Source: Octopus vulgaris (Eukaryota). From it: a stretch of DNA of 64,000 nucleotides. Of this stretch, positions 57,101 to 64,000 are shown one piece after another. The notes under the pieces were generated by a model. That model was given only the letters and a program-made list of their open reading frames with translations. It was not told the DNA's origin and searched no databases. The position numbers were made by a program, and so were the translations under genes. The stretch spans positions 99,882,001 to 99,946,000 of the forward strand of contig OX597818.1 in the NCBI GenBank assembly GCA_951406725.2. The letters are read 5' to 3'. How positions within the stretch are numbered: the stretch's first letter is position 1; every line of letters begins with the position of its first letter.

Positions 57101-58654
57101 CATAGCTGCATGAATAATAAAGATGCATTAAACTAGTCATTGCTAAAAGTTAAACAATCTTGCGGATACATAAAGAGCAATAATGCGAGGCGACGTCCTC
57201 TTGTCACTCCCTTTCTATGTATGTCTAACTTTAACTGACAGGTTAAATGAGACTGTACTAGGATACAAATGCTAAGGGGGAAGCAATAAACTGTAATTTT
57301 ATATGGACGCGATCGAATTTTATGCTGCAGGTGGTAAATAACTAGAAACACTGTTTCAGGCATGACAATTTTATTAAAAGAAATTGATATAACGCATTTC
57401 CCAAATGTAAAGAGAGCAAAATGATGGACGAAGGACTCTGATATGAAAGTAGATAACTTACTGCCAGATATAACAGAATTTTGGAGAAACTGATTTACAC
57501 GTACTTAGAGACCGATGTGTTAAGCAAACTATAAAACACTCAGATGAGAAAGATTAAAATGAGAGTCAAAGACAAAATAACATAACACATATCTATACTC
57601 TAGATTTTTACAATAAGGTATTGGTATAATATCCTTGACGGAAAGGGATATCAATTAGCAAGGCTAGACATAAAAATAAATATAATTACACGTTTAGCAT
57701 AAATGATTAAAATGTAAATAAAACTATTGTTGTTTTACTATACTGACTTTCCTCAGTATTATAACAAAGGCATGCAAGTGAGTTTGACGATGAAAAAACA
57801 GAAGCAAAGAAAAATAACGAGAAATTCCCGATACAAGAACTCAAGTTGCAAGTCAACAGATGCTTTGGAATAGCACGAACGGGAAAATACAAGACACGAA
57901 TAATTCTGCATTTTTTATGTATTTCTCTATAGCTGAGGGTGAAGTCGAATGCATGAAAGTAATGTGAATGAAGCTAGATATATAATAAAACAAAAACCCG
58001 TAAAATTTCTTTGAAAGTACACATTGCCTACGGTATTGTATTTAAGTAAAGTGTTACACACTTTCAATAAATATAGATTATAAGCATAAGAGAACCACTG
58101 AAAGTAACATTTGCTACACAGCACTTTTCCATCCAACGACAGCACATTCTAAGACGAGAAAGTATCGGAGGACTAGCTACAAAGAACAGCAGTGAAGGCC
58201 GTTATTAATGCGGCTCATTACCTCTAAAACTCGCAAGAAGGCGTGTACCATCGTTAATTATGATGTTGAGAAAAGCCAGAAATAGATCACCGTCGGAAAA
58301 GCGGAGTTCTAATAACAAGGATTAAGTTTAGAAATATTAAAGTATGTTTTGTATTTATATTTAGAACAACTAAACGGAACAGCAAAATTATCGTCTATAT
58401 GACACAACTCATTTAGATATGTCATTATTTATTGAATTCTCTATACGATAGTAAAAGCTGACGTTGAGCTATAATATATATATATAACATAAGCAAGGTG
58501 GCAGAAGCAGCAATATTTGTTAAACAGCAACAGGATATTATTATTAGCCTCCCGAGAAGGACTATAATATAAAGTTACGGTAATATCAGCGATAAATGTT
58601 ACCTGAGTGACATACTTTACAAAGCAATAAACCATATGGACCTCCGATGTTCAG

Positions 58655-58842
58655 TATTGGTTTCAAATTTTGGCAAAATCCTGCAAATTTAGGGAGGGAA
58701 AAATTCGATTACATCGTCCCCAGAGTTCAACTAATATTTATTTTATCGACCCTGAAAGACTTAAAGGCAAAGTCGACCTCATGGAATTTGAACACGGAAT
58801 GCTAAGCATTTTATACTAATGGACCTGCCAGCTCGCCACCTT
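58655..58842 (-). mobile_element. Degraded SINE family B variant
   Basis: ttttatcgaccctgaaagacttaaaggcaaagtcgacctc...tgccagctcgccacc. Confidence 0.75.
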
Positions 58843-59290
58843 CAATCAGAGGTTGAATATTAACATTTTTTTAAGAATAAATCCATAGACATTAATAAAA
58901 GCGAAATTCTGTTTCTCTGCCTGGGACCCCTGCATCTCCGTCTACATTCGCTCTACATAGACATATTACCTGTTTGGAATCAAGATGATTCCGGCATTGA
59001 AAATATGTCCCTCATTTGGTTCTCGGTAATCCAGCATTAGGATCCGATTTAAAATCATTTGGGTTACTCTTTCTATCAGGTAAAGTAACCGTGTGATGTT
59101 TCAATGCCATAGTATTGATAAGGTTGATGAACAAAAGTTATCTCCCTTAGCTTAATGTTTTACTAAGGAATTTAGCGGTTCTTTTGCCTTTTTCGGTCAT
59201 CAGACTGTGGCCATGCTAGGGCACCGCCTCGAAGAATTCCAATCGAACAAATGGACACTAGTTCTTACTTTACTCCACCTGGTACTTTTT

Positions 59291-59716
59291 CATGTGTTTA
59301 TTCCAAAGAATTTCACTGATGCCGGCAGACATACTCTATAAATTCAAGAGACTTCAATTTCCAGTAAGAGTTAGTTTTGAACCAAGGACAATAATTGAAA
59401 ATTGTTTGACTTCACTTCATGCAAAAGTACTTTTCTCATGGTCAGCTCTATGTTGGTTGTTCTAGAATTGGAAATGCTAACAATATCTTCATACTCACAC
59501 CAAACGGTGAAACCAAGAATATTGTTTATGCTGCTACATTACAGTTATATCCAAATTTCCCCTCCAAATGTGATACTCTGCGATATAACTTTGAGATGGT
59601 AGTATAACAATAAATGTTTTACAATTATTTCCGTCTTAGTTTTGTGCCGCAGTCCCGTTTAGCACTCTGCAGGAATTAGAAAATATCCGCCGCACTGAGT
59701 GCGGCTTTTAAGCACG
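59291..59716 (+). pseudogene. Autonomous-Helitron 3' remnant: PIF1-like helicase C-terminus and terminal hairpin
   Basis: With frameshifts reads HVFIP.ISLMPADILYKFKRLQFPVRVSF..NQGQ...FSHGQLYVGCSRIG...IFILTPNGETKNIVY (RepHel helicase motifs V/VI). Hairpin GCCGCAC-TGA-GTGCGGC at 59689-59705, then CACG|T (non-canonical end). Confidence 0.85.
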
Positions 59717-60035
59717 TAACAAATAAAAATCAAATCGTGCAAACCCTGTTGCATATAAACTAGGCCATGCAAAAATGTTTTGCAGTGCTCATACGAATTT
59801 TAGAAGCTCTACAAACCTAAACTTTCCAAATGAGACTTTTTCATATATTGATAACGTGTAAAGTGAATTCAAGAAGAATGATTCTTAGTCTGTAGTTAAA
59901 GGTGAATAGATTGTACGTTTACATGCATAAGTTGTAAGCACATTTAAAGTAATAAACAGAGGCCATGAGACAATGCTATTTGTAATTAACACTATAATCA
60001 ACTGCATCAACGTTGCTATCATTGCGTATGCAAGC

Positions 60036-60102
60036 AACTCGACATGCTAAAAATGTTGAAACTCGACATGCTAAAAATGTTGAAACTCGACATGCTAAAA
60101 AT
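60036..60102. repeat. ~2.8 x 24-bp tandem repeat
   Basis: Unit aactcgacatgctaaaaatgttga. Confidence 0.9.
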
Positions 60103-61140
60103 AGTAGCTGAAACTTAATCGAATTACACTCTATACTCCTGAAAAAGCAATTTTATCTTGGGTAAGTTTTGCCTGAAGGAAACGGCGGGAGGACAGTGAT
60201 TAGAATGTATTGATGATAGGTTAATTGATTAGGCTTAATCAAAAAGAACAAGAGTAAAACCTAGGTGACATGAGATTTTATGCAAAAAATATATCATAAA
60301 CCTCTCTAAAATCATATCCTATCGTCTTAGACACAATCTGTTTGTATAAAAAAATGTGTGGCCATGAGAGAAATGCTTTTGATCAAAGATCTGCTTGATG
60401 AGAACTGACATGGGAGCTAAACAATAACAATAGCAACAAAAGTCAAAATAACAACAACTCTAATAACCTAAAACAGAATGTTATCAATTGTAGTTCTATT
60501 TAAAATGTTGCAGAAAGTCATTATTGACAGCCTCAAGATCAATGACTATAAAATCAACAATACAAAATAAAAAAATAAAAACTATCGTCAGTAGAAACAA
60601 CAACAGTAACAAAAACAAATATTTCATTACATACACCACACCAACAACACGAATCAAAAAGATAACAGTAACTAGATTGATCAAGTTTTAATAACAACCA
60701 CAACAATAAATCGCTGCCAAACACTCAATTTATTTATCCCATGACAGCAATAAAAGTTAAAATTTAATGACGTAATGATCACAGGAGACCAGAGTGATCT
60801 CATTTAGAAGAGAAAAATCATTTATTTATTTATTTCCTAGTGTTGTTATTTCTACTGTATTTCTAAAAAAAAGTTAAATGATGGATATGAAATGATTATT
60901 ACACTTATGGGAATCTGTAATAACTCTGCATCAGAAACTAAAGAACAAGCTTTTTATTATTTGTGTGATATAGCATTACAGTTAAAGAGGATAGAAATCG
61001 TGATTACAATGCAAAGCAAACAATATATGATATTTCAGAATTCCATAACCAACGACAACATTTCGATGCGAAATTTGTCTTATATTCTTTAAGGTTATTT
61101 TATGATTTTACATACAATATTTATGTTTATGTATAGAAAG

Positions 61141-61391
61141 GTGAAGTTACCTTCTCGAATCATGTCGTCTCATGTCGTCGGTTTCTCGGTTTCATGGCGT
61201 GTTAATTGCCCTCCTGGACAGGATGCCATTCCGTCGCAGAATTACGTATATTTGCCTGCTGAGTGCTATGGAGCCAGATGAAATGAGGTGTTTTGAGCAA
61301 GAAAACAACACGTCTCTCAGTCCAGGAATCGAAACCACAAACTTGCGATCATGAGTCCAACAGCCTAACCATTAAGCCACGCTGCCCCACA
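61141..61391 (-). mobile_element. SINE family C variant
   Basis: Head and body match 18310-18437; tail variant ccttctcgaatcatg. Confidence 0.8.
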
Positions 61392-62014
61392 CATGTTTAT
61401 ATATAGAGACTCAGTCAATCAAGTCTCGCTATGGATCTACGCATGTAAGTGAAGGTTCAGATAGTATTGTTAGAAGAAGAATAACAATCGCTCATTCATG
61501 GAAATCACCCTTCTTCAAGCCAAAGACATTTTCTGAGAAAGACAGGTGACCTGTGCCTATACAGGGGTTGGCACCTGTAATGTTCTGCTCTCAAAATGCA
61601 CAAACCGGGACAAATCACTTTTCCCGGCCCGCTTATAATGTTGTGGGATGGTTCTTTACTTTATTGATCCCAAGGGACGAAGGGAAATTTGACATCAGGG
61701 CATTTGAAATGAGACTTGAGAGGGGCGGATCTCATACCTAAAAGTATGTCCACAACGCTCTGAATACCCTGCAGACTCACTACTTCTAATGTATACATTA
61801 AAGTAAGATGCACGTGTATTGTTAACATTTACACTTTGCATTGGAAATGATTGCCTTTATTAGTACATAAATATACATAGAACTTTATTCAGCGAAATAA
61901 TTTTAATTATAGAATGTTTCTGATATTTACTGCAATAGCTTTAGTTATCGTCAACCACTTGACAAATAGGATACCTGTAATTCAGGCTAATATTTCCTTA
62001 TGTATGTACGTATG

Positions 62015-62200
62015 TGTTATGGCGAGAATCATGACATTCCCTATGAGAATGGACTGGCCGAACTCTTATAAGTAGCAGCGTGTTTGAGAGCGAGAGAAAT
62101 TGCAGGAGGTTGAGAGGTGGCGTTCGTGAGTACGTGGAGACGCAGGAAATTGGCTCGTTCAGTGTTATTTTCGATTAGTTACAGTTGGTGACACAGTATT
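62015..62200 (+). mobile_element. Possible LTR + PBS remnant
   Basis: TGTTAT...GTTACA (62015-62183) with internal TATAAGTA, followed by gtTGGTGAC. No poly(A) signal or TSD seen. Confidence 0.3.
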
Positions 62201-62469
62201 TGGGAATACATCATGTGGAAGACTGTATTAGTATACGACAGTAAAGTGACATATACAGAAACCACGTATGTATGTATGTATGTATGTATGTATGTATGTA
62301 TGTATGTATGTATGTATGTATGTATGTATGTATGTGTGTATGTCTGTATGTATGCATGTATGTATGGATGTATGTATGTATGCATGCATGTATGTATGCA
62401 TGTATGTATCAGGTAGCTAAAAATATATATCTTCATATATATATATATACACACATACACACAGTTTGT

Positions 62470-62757
62470 TCCTTCTCGAACCATGCCTGTCTCACAGGAC
62501 CGGTTTCCCGGTTTCTTTGGCGTATAGGTTCCCCACCTGGACGAGATGCCGGTTCATCGCAGGTGAGCTGCAACATCCAGAAGGAATGAGTGAGAGAAAG
62601 TTGTGGCGAAAGAGTCGGCAGAATTTCGCCATTACCTTCTGCCGTAGCCGCGTGGCGTTTTGCTCATAGACACACACACATCACCCGGTCTGAGATTCGA
62701 ACTCGGGATCCCTGGACCGCGAGTCCTCTGCTCTAACCACTAGGCCAAATGCCTCCA
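62470..62757 (-). mobile_element. tRNA-derived SINE, head H2 + tail T1
   Basis: A box TGGCCTAGTGG, B box GTTCGAATC; tail matches 61150-61240 and 18215-18290. Confidence 0.85.
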
Positions 62758-63320
62758 CACACAAACACGCACACACACACACATACACACACATATACAT
62801 TTATATATATATTTATAAATATACATATATATACTCATATACACACGCAAACACACACATATATGTATATATTGCATATTGTTCTGATATTAATAAGATG
62901 TTTAAAAGTATAAAAACAAAAGCACTCTGTCAAGTGAGGGATAAATATCATTTAATAAAGATAGGATTCAGATTTAAGCTACTATAAATTTCATGCTCTG
63001 ATAAAACTGTAGTTCGATGAGCTCGTATAGCGTGCCGTATCCTATGCTGTAATCATCGAGGCTCAAAATATAACATGGCTGCTCTCTTAAAAAGACGGAG
63101 AAAAAGGTAGAAAAATGTACTTGAAATAAAGGAAGCGAAAAAGGAAATTATGGAAAACAAATAAATATTAGAGTAAAATATATGCAAAATGGCAAGCATA
63201 AAGCCTAGGTTTAAATATGTTATAATATCATAATTAATATAAATTCAAATTCTCTGTAGTGATTATCATTTCTTAATATGCAGCAGGTTGCGCGTTCGAA
63301 GCTCGCTCAAACCTAATTTC

Positions 63321-63727
63321 AGGCGCAGACACAGCTGTGTGGTTAAGATGCCCGCTTTGTAACCACGTGATTTCCCGTTCAGTTCCGTTACGCAGCGTCA
63401 TGATAAAATTTCTATAATCGCTTGGGACGACCAATGTATTGTGAATGAATTTGGTAGACGAAAGCTGTGTGGAAGCTCGTCATATGTATGTGTCTTTATG
63501 TGTATGTGAGAGTGTGTGTGTTTGTGACTGTTTGTACCTGACCCGTCTACCGCTTGATAACTGGTGTTGGTTTGTTTGCGTTTCAGTGAACGGGTTCGGT
63601 AAAAGAAACTAATGAAACAAGCACCAGACGTAAAAAGACCAAGCACTGGAATCTACTTGTTCGAGTAAACGATTCAAGGTGATGTCCCAGCATGGCAACA
63701 GTCCAATGACCCGAAACAAGTAAAAGA
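63321..63727 (+). mobile_element. Older relative of SINE family A
   Basis: ggcgcagacacagctgtgtggttaag...ttggtagacgaaagctgtgtggaagctcg...ccagcatggcaacagtccaatgacccgaaacaagtaaaag. Confidence 0.8.
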
Positions 63728-64000
63728 ATTAAATATAAATGAGATTTTAGACCGCTAGAGCTAAGATCTTGTTCGGTGCGAAAAGTTTTACTTGAAATAT
63801 TTCAAACAAGCTGCCCTACAGGTGCAACTTTAAACGATAATAAATGACATTTCATTTCTGAATACGGTCTTTGAACGATTATTTCCAAATATCAAACACT
63901 AAACAATGAATTCTGCCGACAAAGACCATGACTAGCGACCTCAGCCGCTGCTTTTTACTGGTTCTATATACACAGAAACATAATAATGCTACTGATGTTA

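Overview
AT-rich animal (eukaryotic) non-coding DNA, dense in microsatellites (TA, CA/TG, TATC, TATG, AAT, ACT) and interspersed repeats. The SINE types and microsatellite load suggest an octopus genome; this is inferred from pattern recognition, not from a search. No intact host protein-coding gene is visible, and nearly all ORFs in the supplied track are microsatellite translations. Recognisable protein-coding remnants are all transposon-derived: two tandem R4/Dong-like restriction-like endonuclease fragments (27970-29145), a Helitron helicase C-terminus (59291-59547) and a Tc1/mariner C-terminus (about 22832-22964). Other mobile DNA includes at least four modular tRNA-derived SINE families, a complete non-autonomous Helitron with a head-to-head partial copy, a MITE with 30-bp TIRs and an 8-bp TSD, an LTR+PBS remnant, and several Penelope-like fragments carrying minimal hammerhead-ribozyme motifs. 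The most notable non-repeat signal is a minus-strand recursive-splice-site plus poison RS-exon architecture at 23405-23570, which suggests the window lies in a very long minus-strand intron.
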